64,000 bases of DNA from positions 160,001 to 224,000 of the forward strand of contig CAWCNY010000002.1 of the NCBI GenBank assembly GCA_963797095.1, read 5' to 3'. Every line of letters starts with the position of its first letter. Positions within the stretch are counted from its first letter, which is position 1. Under the pieces are notes generated by a model. That model was not told the origin of the DNA. It did not search any database and was given only the letters and a program-made list of their open reading frames with translations. This DNA comes from an uncultured Chloroflexia bacterium. Lineage in GTDB: Bacteria > Chloroflexota > Chloroflexia > QHBQ01 > JADMIH01. Position numbers and translations under genes: made by a program. Positions 11,726 through 21,788 of this stretch are shown in pieces.

Positions 11726-12955
11726 TCAGACTTTCTTCAAGATGATCGATGAATTATGCCCACCAAGCCCTATAGAGTTGGACAGCGCATACTCTACATT
11801 CAACTTGCGGGCCTCATTGGGAGTATAGTCAAGGTCGCATTCGGGGTCGGGATCTCGGTAGTTGATAGTTGGGGGTATTGTCCCATCGCGGATGGCGAGC
11901 GCACACGCTATTGCTTCTGTGGCTCCTGCCGCGCCCATCATGTGGCCCGTCATGCTCTTGGTGGACGAAATAGCCAGCTTGTAGGCATAATCTCCGAACA
12001 CCTTCTTGATTGCCATCGTCTCCACCCGGTCGTTGATAGGCGTGGACGTGCCGTGAGCGTTAATATAGTCGATCTTGAAGGGTGTGATACCCGCCTTGTG
12101 CAGCGCACGCTCCATAGTACGTGCCGCGCCTGCGCCCGTTTCCAACTGGGCAGCCATGTGGAATGCATCGTTGGTCGAGCCGTATCCGATGACCTCTGCA
12201 TAAATCGGCGCGCCCCTGTGCACGGCGCGCTCATATTCCTCCAGCACAAGCACAGCCGCACCCTCAGACAGCACGAACCCTGAGCGATTCTTGTCGAACG
12301 GTTTGCTTGCCGTCAATGGGTCAGGGTCGGTCGCCAGGGCGCGCATATTGATAAATCCCGCGATGATCACGGGCACTATCACCGTGTCGGTGCCTCCAGC
12401 GATCATTACATCGGCATCTCCCCTCAGGATCGTCTCCATCAACTCGCCAATAGCGTGCCCTCCGGTGGCGCAGGCCGAGACAACCGCCATGTTGGGGCCT
12501 TTAGCGCCTGTGGCGATGGCGACCTGCCCCGAAGCGGAGTCGGCCAGGAAGTTGGGCAGGAAGTGGGGCGAGACACGCCGGGGGCCGCGCTCTTCGAGCA
12601 CTTTTTGCTGGGAGATCAGCGTACCGACACCCGCCGCAGCGGTGCCGAAGATGATCCCGACACGGTCGGGGTCCTCCTGCCCCATGTGAAGGTGGGCATC
12701 CTTGAGGGCTTGCTCGGTGGCGGCGATGGCGAACTGGACCGAGCGGTCCATGTGGCGCGCTTCTTTGGGGTCGATCCAGTCCTCAGGGACGAAGCCTTTG
12801 ACCTCCCCGGCGGTCTTGATGGCGAAGTCAGTGGTGTCGAAAAGGGTGATCTCCGAAATGCCCGACTTACCCGCGATCAGGTTGGCCCACATCTCCGTCG
12901 GGTTATTCCCCACCGGCGACAGCCCGCCCACACCTGTTATCACTACCCTGCGCAT
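11726..12955 (-). CDS. fabF: Beta-ketoacyl-ACP synthase II (copy 1)
   Basis: MRRVVITG, SACATG, NAHGTST, SSTKSMTGH. Confidence 0.95.
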   Translation of the reverse strand: MRRVVITGVGGLSPVGNNPTEMWANLIAGKSGISEITLFDTTDFAIKTAGEVKGFVPEDWIDPKEARHMDRSVQFAIAATEQALKDAHLHMGQEDPDRVGIIFGTAAAGVGTLISQQKVLEERGPRRVSPHFLPNFLADSASGQVAIATGAKGPNMAVVSACATGGHAIGELMETILRGDADVMIAGGTDTVIVPVIIAGFINMRALATDPDPLTASKPFDKNRSGFVLSEGAAVLVLEEYERAVHRGAPIYAEVIGYGSTNDAFHMAAQLETGAGAARTMERALHKAGITPFKIDYINAHGTSTPINDRVETMAIKKVFGDYAYKLAISSTKSMTGHMMGAAGATEAIACALAIRDGTIPPTINYRDPDPECDLDYTPNEARKLNVEYALSNSIGLGGHNSSIILKKV

Positions 12956-13010
12956 GTTTTCATAGCCCTCAACTTTCTAAACACTGAATGTTAGCTCTCT
13001 ATAGTCTATT

Positions 13011-13913
13011 TTACGAAAAGAACGGCGGACTGGTGAATATGTAATTCTGATATGACCCGCACGGCTCATCGCTCATGAAGAAGGCGAGGAAGGCATCGAT
13101 CTGGCAGCCCCGCCCAAGCAAGTGATCGACCGCATGGGTGTTGATGAGAGGCACTTCGACGCCGAAATTATGCCCTGCTGCGGCTGCCAGCTTTTCCGCG
13201 TGGGCCAGCACAGCGGGATAATCCTCCGCATTTAGCAGGGCGAATGGCCCGTTGCTGCGCCCCGTATAACCGTAGCCCGCGATTTGCTCTCCGCGCTTGT
13301 AGAGATACCCTTGCCTCGTCGCAGCCAGCCATACATGGCCAACATCACGACCATATCCTAGCACAAAACGGTCAACCGCGCGGATCGCCGCCAGGTTGTT
13401 GGCTATAGGTGACACCGGCTCAAATGTGAGGTCGGATTCCAGGCTCACGTCCTCCGGTGTGCGCGAAAAGTAGTAGATGGGAGTGCGGGGGTAGACTTTT
13501 TGCTTGAGGTAGCGGGCGATGGCTCGCGTGTCGGTGGTGGCGACGACTACCCGGTGCCTGGCCCCTTCCGCCGGAAATGCGCGTGACAGCAATTCGCGCC
13601 CGACCCCCGCCGATTGGCGGCCCGGCAACACAAAGAACTCGGTCAGTTGCCGAACGTCTTCGCGCAGGATCGATTGGGCATAGCCGATTATACTGCCATC
13701 CTGCTCGGCCACCCACAGCTGGTACGACGTGCGCTCCAGGTGCTCGAAAAGGGGGCGGCGCTCCTCCCACAACTTCTGCATCACGGCAGGGTCGTTGCCG
13801 CCCGTGATCGCCATGGTGCCCATGCGCCTGCCCAGGTCGATTATAGTCTCCTGGAAGACCAGAAATAGGGAGTACGTATCGTCGGGCGTGCCCCGGCGGA
13901 AATTTACGCTCAT
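13011..13913 (-). CDS. GNAT-family N-acetyltransferase (tandem GNAT fold)
   Basis: WVAEQDG.IIGY, FFVLPGRQSAGVGRELL acetyl-CoA-binding motif. Confidence 0.8.
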   Translation of the reverse strand: MSVNFRRGTPDDTYSLFLVFQETIIDLGRRMGTMAITGGNDPAVMQKLWEERRPLFEHLERTSYQLWVAEQDGSIIGYAQSILREDVRQLTEFFVLPGRQSAGVGRELLSRAFPAEGARHRVVVATTDTRAIARYLKQKVYPRTPIYYFSRTPEDVSLESDLTFEPVSPIANNLAAIRAVDRFVLGYGRDVGHVWLAATRQGYLYKRGEQIAGYGYTGRSNGPFALLNAEDYPAVLAHAEKLAAAAGHNFGVEVPLINTHAVDHLLGRGCQIDAFLAFFMSDEPCGSYQNYIFTSPPFFS

Positions 13914-13921
13914 CTCACGGC

Positions 13922-14854
13922 TTACGCATCCGCGCCGCGCATGACATCATCCAGCTTGAGCACCTGTACTTCGTCTGAGATGCGCCTGATCAAGCCCGAA
14001 AGCACCTGGCCGGGACCGACTTCGATAAATGTGCCAACGCCTTCTTCCACCATCTGGCGCACCGAAGCGACCCATGCGACCGGCTTGCAAAGATGGTCCG
14101 CAAGCTCGGTCTTCACGTCCTCGGCGGTCCTGAGCACGGTGCCGGTCACATTAGCGACAAGAGGCACCAGCGGATCGGTCAGGTGGATGTTGCTGATAAG
14201 CTGGTTGAGATGCTCGCCTGCCTGCTGCATGAGCGGCGAATGGGAGGCGATGCTGATGGCGAGGCGTGCCACGCGGGCCGCGCCATCTTTGCGCGCAAGG
14301 TCCATAGCCTTCAGGAGCGCATCAACCTCGCCCGAAATCACTGTTTGAATAGGCGAGTTGGAGTTGGCGATCACCACTATGCCCACGGAGCCTGCTTCTT
14401 CTACCACGCGCTGCAATCGTTCGAGCGCGAGGCCGATCACGGCGGCCATGCCGCCCGGCTTCTTATCCCCTTCTTCCTTCATGAGGCGGCCACGCTCTTG
14501 CACAAGGCGCAAGCCGTCGGCGAAAGAGAGCGAGCCTGCCGCCACCAGCGCCGTATACTCGCCCAGCGAGTGCCCCGCCACGAAGGCAGGCTCGATCTCC
14601 TGCCCCGATATACGCAACCGTTCGCGCAACGCCTCAAGGTAGGCGATGCTTACGGTCAGGATGGCAGGCTGCGCGTACTGAGTGTCGTTGAGCATATCCT
14701 CAGGCCCCTCGAAGCATATCTTGCTCAGAGAATACCCAAGCACGCTATCGGCCTCATCGAACACCGCCCGCGCGGCAGGCGAACTGATATACGCTTCGCG
14801 GCCCATGCCGACGAACTGCGAACCCTGCCCTGGAAAAACGAAGCTTGTTTTCAT
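13922..14854 (-). CDS. fabD: Malonyl-CoA:ACP transacylase
   Basis: FVFPGQGSQ, AQPAI, GHSLGEY, ASHSPLM, EVGPG. Confidence 0.97.
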   Translation of the reverse strand: MKTSFVFPGQGSQFVGMGREAYISSPAARAVFDEADSVLGYSLSKICFEGPEDMLNDTQYAQPAILTVSIAYLEALRERLRISGQEIEPAFVAGHSLGEYTALVAAGSLSFADGLRLVQERGRLMKEEGDKKPGGMAAVIGLALERLQRVVEEAGSVGIVVIANSNSPIQTVISGEVDALLKAMDLARKDGAARVARLAISIASHSPLMQQAGEHLNQLISNIHLTDPLVPLVANVTGTVLRTAEDVKTELADHLCKPVAWVASVRQMVEEGVGTFIEVGPGQVLSGLIRRISDEVQVLKLDDVMRGADA

Positions 14855-14868
14855 AGTCCCTGCTGCGT

Positions 14869-14961
14869 GCTACGCACTACGTACTACGTACCGCGTATTG
14901 TGTATTGCGTACTGCGCGATCATGCAAACAACGAAGTACGAAATACGCAGTACGCAATATG
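14869..14961. repeat. Palindromic period-7 repeat (TACGCAC/TACGCAG family) at the fabG-fabD junction
   Basis: TACGCAC-TACGTAC..., TGCGTAC..., TACGAAA-TACGCAG-TACGCAA. Confidence 0.75.
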
Positions 14962-14962
14962 T

Positions 14963-15721
14963 CTAAAACATCACCATTCCACCATCTACATTAACGACCT
15001 GACCATTGACATAGGAAGCCATGTCAGAGGCTAGGAAAACGATTGTGTTTGCCACATCGTTGGGTTGGCCGTAACGCTCGGCGGGAATGGTTTTCAGCAT
15101 CTCCGCTTTGAGGGTGTCGGGAAGGCTCGCTGTTATATCTGTTTCGATGAAGCCGGGCGCGATGGCATTAGCAGTTATATTACGCCCGCCAACTTCACGC
15201 GCTATCGACTTTGTGAATCCGATAATGCCCGCCTTAGCCGCCGCATAGTTGGCTTGCCCGGCATTTCCGGTAAGGCCCACTACGCTGGCTATACTAATTA
15301 TACGCCCCCACCTGTTCCTGAGCATAGGCCGCAGCACGGCTCGCGTGCAGAAGTATGCTGAGCGCAGATTGGTGTCCATCACCGCGTCCCATTCTGCCTG
15401 CGACATGCGCATCATCAGGTTGTCGCGTGTGATACCCGCGTTATTGACCAGGATATCGATCTTGCCCCAGTCTTTGACAAGGCCGCTTACCATAGCGTCT
15501 ACTTCGTCGGCCTTGCTCACATCGGCTTTGATCGCGATTGCCTCGCCGCCCGCCCCGGTGATTGCCTCGACAACCTCCTGGGCAGCCGCTTCGCTTGAGT
15601 TGTAGTTGACGGCTACTTTCGCACCCGCCTCACCCAGCTTGAGGGCGGTAGCCCGCCCAATACCACGCCCAGCTCCTGTGACCAGCGCTACTTTTCCCAT
15701 AAGGTCAAGCGTGATTGGCAA
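14963..15721 (-). CDS. fabG: 3-oxoacyl-ACP reductase
   Basis: TGAGRGIG, NNAGITRD, YAAAK, VDGGM. Confidence 0.97.
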   Translation of the reverse strand: MPITLDLMGKVALVTGAGRGIGRATALKLGEAGAKVAVNYNSSEAAAQEVVEAITGAGGEAIAIKADVSKADEVDAMVSGLVKDWGKIDILVNNAGITRDNLMMRMSQAEWDAVMDTNLRSAYFCTRAVLRPMLRNRWGRIISIASVVGLTGNAGQANYAAAKAGIIGFTKSIAREVGGRNITANAIAPGFIETDITASLPDTLKAEMLKTIPAERYGQPNDVANTIVFLASDMASYVNGQVVNVDGGMVMF

Positions 15722-15880
15722 TCTCGCCTCCGTTTGACGCGAGACAGCCGCCCATTGGCGACCGCATTATCTCTTTAGCGTCTACCATCGTTTCTTTCAT
15801 ATCTTTCGACAAAAAAAGCACCCTCACGGCTGAACAATACTCTCAACGCTGAGGATACTCCACTCTAAGTATACCGAGAA

Positions 15881-15909
15881 TATATACCAGATGGCAAGTG
15901 CCCTGTCAA
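15881..15909 (-). promoter_or_regulatory. Putative fab operon promoter
   Basis: TTGACA-17 bp-TATATA with TGn extension, immediately next to the IS insertion site. Confidence 0.4.
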
Positions 15910-15937
15910 CAGGTTGCTTCGGGGTGCGCGCCATCGT

Positions 15938-17513
15938 TTAGGCGACTTTTCTGAGAGGGCGAGTTTTGGGCCAGCATTGCTCCCACCTCTCACTGAGCAG
16001 TTCGGCTCTCAGTGTCAGCACCCCTTGTGCTCCTGGTTTGCTCCAACACATGCCTGCTCCCTTGAGACGGGCACCAATCAGCCGCTTGCATGCACTCTCC
16101 ACCGTGCCTGAACCAACTGGGAAGCCCAATGCCCGGTACTCGGAGTAGCGCATCCTCTCTTTGTTCGTCTGGAAGTAATGAATCTGCTCTCGTGCCGCTT
16201 CTCCCGCCTCCCCTTCACGTTTGCTCTCTCTGTGTAGAGCCACAATGACTGCTTCTACCCTTCCCTCCCATAATTCCTTCTCCCAACGCTTCACCCATCT
16301 TGCGGCGTCTGGTGTGCCCTGCCCGAAGATACCATTACCTGCTTGCCACAGGTGCTCCATGGCGTGATACCAGTCGAGTACCTCTACCCTGTTGGCAAAG
16401 TGCTCATCGAACTGTATCCAGTTGGTGGGTGCCCCATCTCCCAGACATACAACCTGCTCCTCAGGGCCTATCCCTCTCCTCCATGCTTCAGCACTCAACC
16501 GCTTTCCTGCCCGCTCCATCGAGCCGACCTCCGCCACATAGCTCTGATGGGTGGCTCTTGCCCCCTCTATCTCTCCTGCTTCGTTGTATGCAGGCTCGGC
16601 CCAAAACACCACTCCCGCTTTAGCGTCATGCCACCCATCTTCGTAGCGCACCTTGCCAGCGTCCAGCGTCGCCGCCCATGTGCCCAAGCCCAATGCTCCA
16701 TCTGCAACCTTTGAACCTTTCTGAGAGGTGGGACTTGCCCCTAGCGTTTGATCTTCTGCTTGCAAGCTCTCCTCTCCTCTTGCAAGCTCTCCTCTTGCAA
16801 GCTCTCCTCTTGCAAGCTCTCCTCTTGCAAGCTCTCCTCTCCTCTTGCAAGCTCTCCTCTCCTCTTGCAAGCTCTCCTCTCCTCTTGCAAGCTCTCCTCT
16901 TCTCTCCTCTTGCAAGCTCTCCTCTAATGTAAGCCCCCTCCTCTAATGTAAGCCCCCTCTGTTCAGTCATGCGCTCGGCTTCTCTTGGAGAGACCGACAT
17001 GCCAGTGAGTACCTCCACTGCATGTGCAGCCTGCTCGAAAGGCATCTGCACACCCAGCAGGCACACTCCTTGTTGCACTCCGTCCGAGAAGTGTTCCCGT
17101 GCGGGTATGCCTAGAGCCTCATCCAGCGGGTAGCGTCCGGTGCCACACCCTTTACAGTAGAAGTAACCTCTCTCCAATGTGACCGTGCCTACCCATGTTT
17201 GCACAGTGCGCCGCTGCTTACCCTTGTACTGGGGTGTCTGCCCGCAGTCACACTGCTTGTGCCCAAGCAGCCATTCTTCCTCTATCATGGCACGATGCAG
17301 TTGGGCTGCGGCTTCTAAGGCTGAGGCGAAACAGTCCGAGCGCAGTTGACGTGCTCTTTCTTCGAGACTGCTCAAAGTAGCATCCGGGTTGCGTTGAGCA
17401 TATATCCAAAGTTGTTTGACGAGCCCCTCAAATTCCTTCACAATACTAGTGAGGGAGGTACTAGTGAGGGCAGGTGACAGGTCGCAAACGGCCTGAAACT
17501 CGCTACTCTGCAT
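15938..17513 (-). pseudogene. ISKra4/ISLre2-type DDE transposase split by tandem-repeat expansion
   Basis: RGYFYCKGCG.GRYPLDEALG; GDGA, LDWYHA, YFQTN..RM.Y, PVGSGTVESACK; two frames joined across 16761-16958. Confidence 0.9.
16761..16958. repeat. Tandem array inside the transposase
   Basis: Nine TGCAAGCTCTCCTCT units (spacing 15, 20 or 25 bp) plus a 19-bp duplication CCTCTAATGTAAGCCCCCT x2. Confidence 0.95.
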
Positions 17514-17837
17514 GATACCCTCCAGGATTTCGGCCTTAGCCGGGATGTCTTCACCTAGAGGGTATCATTTTTCTTTCCTTCCTAAAAGATGGCGCGCACC
17601 CGTTGCTTCGTTGCTTCGCAGGGTCTATTCAAAGTCGGAGCAGGAGGGCGTTCTCCTTTAGAATAAGGTTGCAAGACCACAAAACTAAGGGAGAAATGCT
17701 TGAACACCTCATCGTCGGCAAGGGCCAACATCAAAGGCCCCGTCTTGATGGAGATTTTAGCTGGGATGCCTGATTTCCGCAAAGCTAAGTGAAGTTGAAG
17801 CTGAAGTAAGCAGACGCAAGCGTGCACTGAAGATCGT

Positions 17838-17880
17838 TCAACAAGAGAGGGACCGCAGTTGGCGGTCCCTCTCTTGTTGA
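17838..17880. terminator. Intrinsic terminator hairpin downstream of the gene fragment
   Basis: 19-bp perfect IR TCAACAAGAGAGGGACCGC / GCGGTCCCTCTCTTGTTGA. Confidence 0.8.
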
Positions 17881-17896
17881 TTTCGGGCGATACTCT

Positions 17897-18476
17897 TTAT
17901 TTCAGTGTAACCATCACAGGGATAGTGCCTGTGCCGCTGTCGAGTGCGCCAAGGGCCTTACCGATTGTAGCTCCTGATGCCAGTACGCGGTCGTTACCTT
18001 TGATCGCGTAGCCGGGGTTGGTGCTGGCTTTCTTCACAGTTACCACAGGGATTGAGCCCAGCACCGGTGGGCCGTTGCCTACGATTGTAACTATATCCCC
18101 GGCTTCCAGGGTATCCGTACCGGCGTTTTGCATAACGTCGACAACGTAACCGGCTTTGGAACCCGCCACATAGAGATTACCTTCCATCCTTACAGAGCCG
18201 TTTACCTCAAGGCCCGATGTGGGTTGCGTTGGGCCCAACGCAGTATCGACGAAAAGTGAATATGTGCCAGCATTATTCGACTTGATGTAACCGCCTCGGT
18301 AGTTACCGCTAGTCGCTTCAACGCCATATGAGCTGTCGCCGGAAGCAGAGCCCTTTAGAGCGGAGCGTGCTGCATCGGTGCTGCTGGAGTAAAGCCCCTT
18401 TCCGCCAATGAAATAACCCCCATAATCACCGGAAGGGCTGACTCCCGGGCGTGTTCCATTATAGTGTTTAGGAACG
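17897..18476 (-). pseudogene. 3' fragment of a Gly-rich surface/secreted protein
   Basis: Frame stays open upstream of 18238 (GVSPSGDYGGYFIGGKGLYSSS...YGVEATSG) with no start or RBS; C-terminus LEAGDIV...GATIGKALGALDSG.GTIPVMVTLK. Confidence 0.6.
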
Positions 18477-19771
18477 GATTATGGTACTGCAAAAGGCGGA
18501 GGTTACTGTCCCAGAAGCGGTTGATGAGTTTTGCAGAAGATGCAGCACCACACACTATGAAGGCAGCAAGCACTCCCCCTTCGCTCTTGTAGCCCCGTAC
18601 TGTATGAGAGCGCACTTTGCCGTTGCCTATCATCTGCTCAGTCAGGTTGTTGGTGGCAGGCACTCCCAATTGTACTCCCTTCTCGGTCAGATAGAGGCGA
18701 TACTTGCGCCAATTCTCCATCAGTTGCACGATCAGCCTGGCCAAGCTCTGTAACGGTGTGTCTTGTTCCCGACGCTTGCGGTGTCCGCACTCCTTTTGGA
18801 CTGTTTGCCACAACTCCAACAGCCGCTCATCCCCCTTCTGGGGCATCTCCTCCACTAACCATCTCACTTCAGCTAGCACTCCCGGCCACACGGGCCAATC
18901 CTCCTCCACAGATAGTTTCTTCTCCAGGTCAAGCAGTGCCTTGCCTACCCACCTCAGCATATGGAAACGGCACAACTGCCTGCCCACCTGCAGTTCTTCT
19001 TCTACAGTGTTGTAGGTGGTCAGATCATCGGTGACAATCACCTCTACCCCTAACTCTGAGACCAGCGGGCGGAGCCAGCGGCACACTGCCTGTGGGTCAT
19101 TCTCATCTACTACTTCCATAGAGACCATCTGCCCGTTAGAGACCATCTGCCCGTTAGAGACCATCTGCCCGTTGCCCATGTCCACAGCCACCATTACCCC
19201 TGTGGTCTCCCCATTCAGGCGTATCCATGCCCCATCTACTCCAAGTACTCGCACCTTGTGCTTTTGTTGCTGGGCTTTGGCTCTGTGGCGTAGCTTCTTC
19301 CCTTTCTCCTTCCCTTTCTCCTTCCCTTTCTCCTTCCCTTTCTCCTTCCCTTTCTCCTGCACTACTCGCCAACCACTCATCCTACCTATCCTCATGCCCT
19401 CGCCAAAAGCTGAGAAGATGACGCCTACTCCCCGCAAACTCAACCCCATCGCCCAAGCCATTGCTGCCAGGCATCTCAGCCTTTGGCTCATGTCCGCTTT
19501 ATCTACACCTTGTGGATACCAGCGGAAGGTGTGCTTACACTGTGCATTGGTACACCTGTAGCGATTAGCGATACACCTGTAGCTCTTCCCATTCGGTGTC
19601 TCTTAGTGGTTTGGAGGCGATGCCCCACTTTTGCAATATCTCACATGAGCACTTGGGACACTGACGAGGACGACCACAAGAGGCCGGATTGAGATTGACA
19701 CAGGGTAGCTGAATGCGGACAATTGCCATGAGCAGGTGCTCCTTGTACTGGTTTGGTTTGGTCACCTCCAT
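18355..19771 (-). pseudogene. DDE transposase interrupted by a 7-bp duplication; frame reads through the IR
   Basis: CPKC...YRC..C zinc ribbon; LGVDG, IVTDD, QLCRFH, TNNLTE; TAGCGAT x2 at 19559-19572 creates a stop. Confidence 0.85.
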
Positions 19772-19860
19772 ATTACAAGGCTCCTGCTCGTTTCTCTACC
19801 CTTTCTTTTCTCGCTTTTCTGCCTCTTTCCTTACACTTCCACCGCTCCTGGGACAGTTAC
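18502..19860 (-). mobile_element. Insertion sequence with Zn-ribbon + DDE transposase (IS6/ISH6-like; family uncertain)
   Basis: 20-bp IRs GT(T/A)ACTGTCCCAG(A/G)AGCGGT (18/20) at 18502-18521 and 19841-19860. Confidence 0.85.
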
Positions 19861-20000
19861 GTTGCTTCTTGCGCATTTATCTGTTGAATCACAGAGGCAT
19901 AGAGGTTTTGTTGGGAACACGAAGGTATGAAGGTAGGCGAAGGACACGAAGGGTTCTTTTGGTCGCTTTGTAAGAGTGGACCGCACCGATAGGTGTACCC

Positions 20001-21788
20001 CTACAATTGCGTGAGGTATGCCTCGAACAGGGAGGGCCGTTCCAGGACGTAGCCTTCGAGCACGGGCAGGAGGGACTTTACGTCTACTCGGCCAGTGCCG
20101 AGGGCTGATGCTGCCAGTTGTTCGGCTTCGCGCAGGTCTATTCTCTTTTCGGGGGCTGCCTCCAGCGCCCGAGCGAGTGTGGCGCGTACGATTTCGATTG
20201 CCGCTTTGGATAGGAGGCCCACGCCGGGGACGTAGGTACAGTCGTCTACGTCCAGTTTCTGTGCCAGATTTAGGAGTTCGGTGCGCGAATAGGCTTGCAA
20301 TCGCTCCGCTACTTCTGTTTCAGGCACGAAGCCGCTCGCCCTGGCCTCGGTGCGAATCGCTTCCAGCTGACCATGCGCTGCTTGCTGGCGGGCCTCAACA
20401 GTGCCGTAATCGCGGTCAAGCAAATTGAGCAGATCGGTCGCCACCACTTTGTTCTTATAGGGCACCACGGGGAAAGGCAGCCCCTCGAATATGGCAAGCG
20501 CCTCCTGGGGCACAGCAAGGATCATCGGCTCGTATCCTTCGTGAGCGGCCAGCGACTTCAACTTGGCGACCTTGCGCTCGCGGTAGCCGGGCGACCAGAA
20601 CCCCGCTATCTCCATGAAAACATGCGTGTCGCCTCGCCTGAAACCGAAATCGGGTATAAGCACCACACCCGGCGCGAGCAGCGGCTCAGGCTCGCGCTGT
20701 AGCATCCAACCATGCGTGTAGCCGCCCTTCTGAAGCGATATATATTCCTTATAGAGCCGGGCTTCTACAAGGCTGTCGAATGTCGGCTCTTCCGCTGCGC
20801 TCACCTCGTCGTGGGTTATAGCTGTTCCGACTGAATATGCCGCCGTAGTTTCGGCCACACGACCTTTATTCATCTCGGCATCCTGGGGCGCGTAGCCTAG
20901 CCTGGCAAGCATTTCGGGCGTGACGTGGAAGCGATAGTTACGGTCATACAGGATCAGGTAGGCAGTAGCCGTCACTTCCGCGCCGTCAGGCATAGTCAGG
21001 AGGGTGCGCACCAGGTCGAGCGCCACGTCTGCCAGGCGTCTGCCGTATTTGTCGGCTGTGCCGAACGCCTGCTCAGGTCCGTAGAGGGTGAGCAGGAACC
21101 CGCCCGCCGACTGCTCGATATCGACAAGCACTCCACGCCGCTTCGCCAGGAAGTAGACCCGCTTCAGCGCCGCGCCCGGCAGCCTGCTCATGGCTACCTC
21201 AACACGGGTGGCGTGTGCCAGCAGGGTCTTGACCGCACCCCGATTGTACTGGGTGAGCACATCGCGCGGTTCGGGACGCTCGCCTGTGCGCGTGAGCACC
21301 GCCACGCCTTCCGAATCGAGGTTCGCCAGCGCGTCTACCAGATTTGGGTCGGGGGGAAGGCCCCACTTGCCCGCCAGCGTCGCCAGCAAGAGGTCGCGCT
21401 TACCGGGTGAAGCGAACCCTCCATAGGTGGTATTCGCCTCGTCCCAGATCGCGAACCGCACATCAGAGGCGCTTTCGATCCCCTGCCCTTTGAGCGCCGC
21501 TATCTGCGCCGCGGTGAGCACATCCGCGAAGGTGGGCTGGACGAAAGAGTAGCGCGTGAAAAGGCATGCTTCCACGCAACGCCCCAGCCTGTAGTCGCCC
21601 ATCACGGCTTCCAGCGCGCCTGTATCGTACTCGCTACGCATCTTGCCAACAGAATCTTCGCACAGGTTGGTCGCCTGCTCTAGCTCTCGCAGGGCCGCGC
21701 GCCCGTGCAACAGCTTCGGCACAACCGCGAATTCGCCATAGGGGTCGCGCACTGTGCGGCGCTTGAGGTTGGTGAGTGAAAAGAGCAT
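20001..21788 (-). CDS. DUF790 family (Bax1-like) endonuclease
   Basis: YNR...TLL, LYGP..F...KYG..LA, TFDSLVE, REPEPL, IPDF, EIAGFWSPGY..RK. Confidence 0.88.
   Translation of the reverse strand: MLFSLTNLKRRTVRDPYGEFAVVPKLLHGRAALRELEQATNLCEDSVGKMRSEYDTGALEAVMGDYRLGRCVEACLFTRYSFVQPTFADVLTAAQIAALKGQGIESASDVRFAIWDEANTTYGGFASPGKRDLLLATLAGKWGLPPDPNLVDALANLDSEGVAVLTRTGERPEPRDVLTQYNRGAVKTLLAHATRVEVAMSRLPGAALKRVYFLAKRRGVLVDIEQSAGGFLLTLYGPEQAFGTADKYGRRLADVALDLVRTLLTMPDGAEVTATAYLILYDRNYRFHVTPEMLARLGYAPQDAEMNKGRVAETTAAYSVGTAITHDEVSAAEEPTFDSLVEARLYKEYISLQKGGYTHGWMLQREPEPLLAPGVVLIPDFGFRRGDTHVFMEIAGFWSPGYRERKVAKLKSLAAHEGYEPMILAVPQEALAIFEGLPFPVVPYKNKVVATDLLNLLDRDYGTVEARQQAAHGQLEAIRTEARASGFVPETEVAERLQAYSRTELLNLAQKLDVDDCTYVPGVGLLSKAAIEIVRATLARALEAAPEKRIDLREAEQLAASALGTGRVDVKSLLPVLEGYVLERPSLFEAYLTQL

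Larger units (their letters stand above)
15922..17601 (-). mobile_element. ISKra4/ISLre2-type (prokaryotic Mutator-like) insertion sequence
   Basis: 21-bp terminal IRs GGGTGCGCGCCATC(G/T)TTTAGG (20/21); 9-bp direct repeat GTTGCTTCG at 15913-15921 and 17602-17610. Confidence 0.9.

Noticed and set aside
10157-12955. Type II PKS KS-alpha/chain-length-factor pair
   Set aside because: Both copies retain the catalytic Cys and FabF motifs; no ACP, cyclase or tailoring genes nearby.
16626-16915. Programmed ribosomal frameshift in the transposase
   Set aside because: No slippery heptamer; the frame change is fully explained by 169 bp of duplicated sequence.
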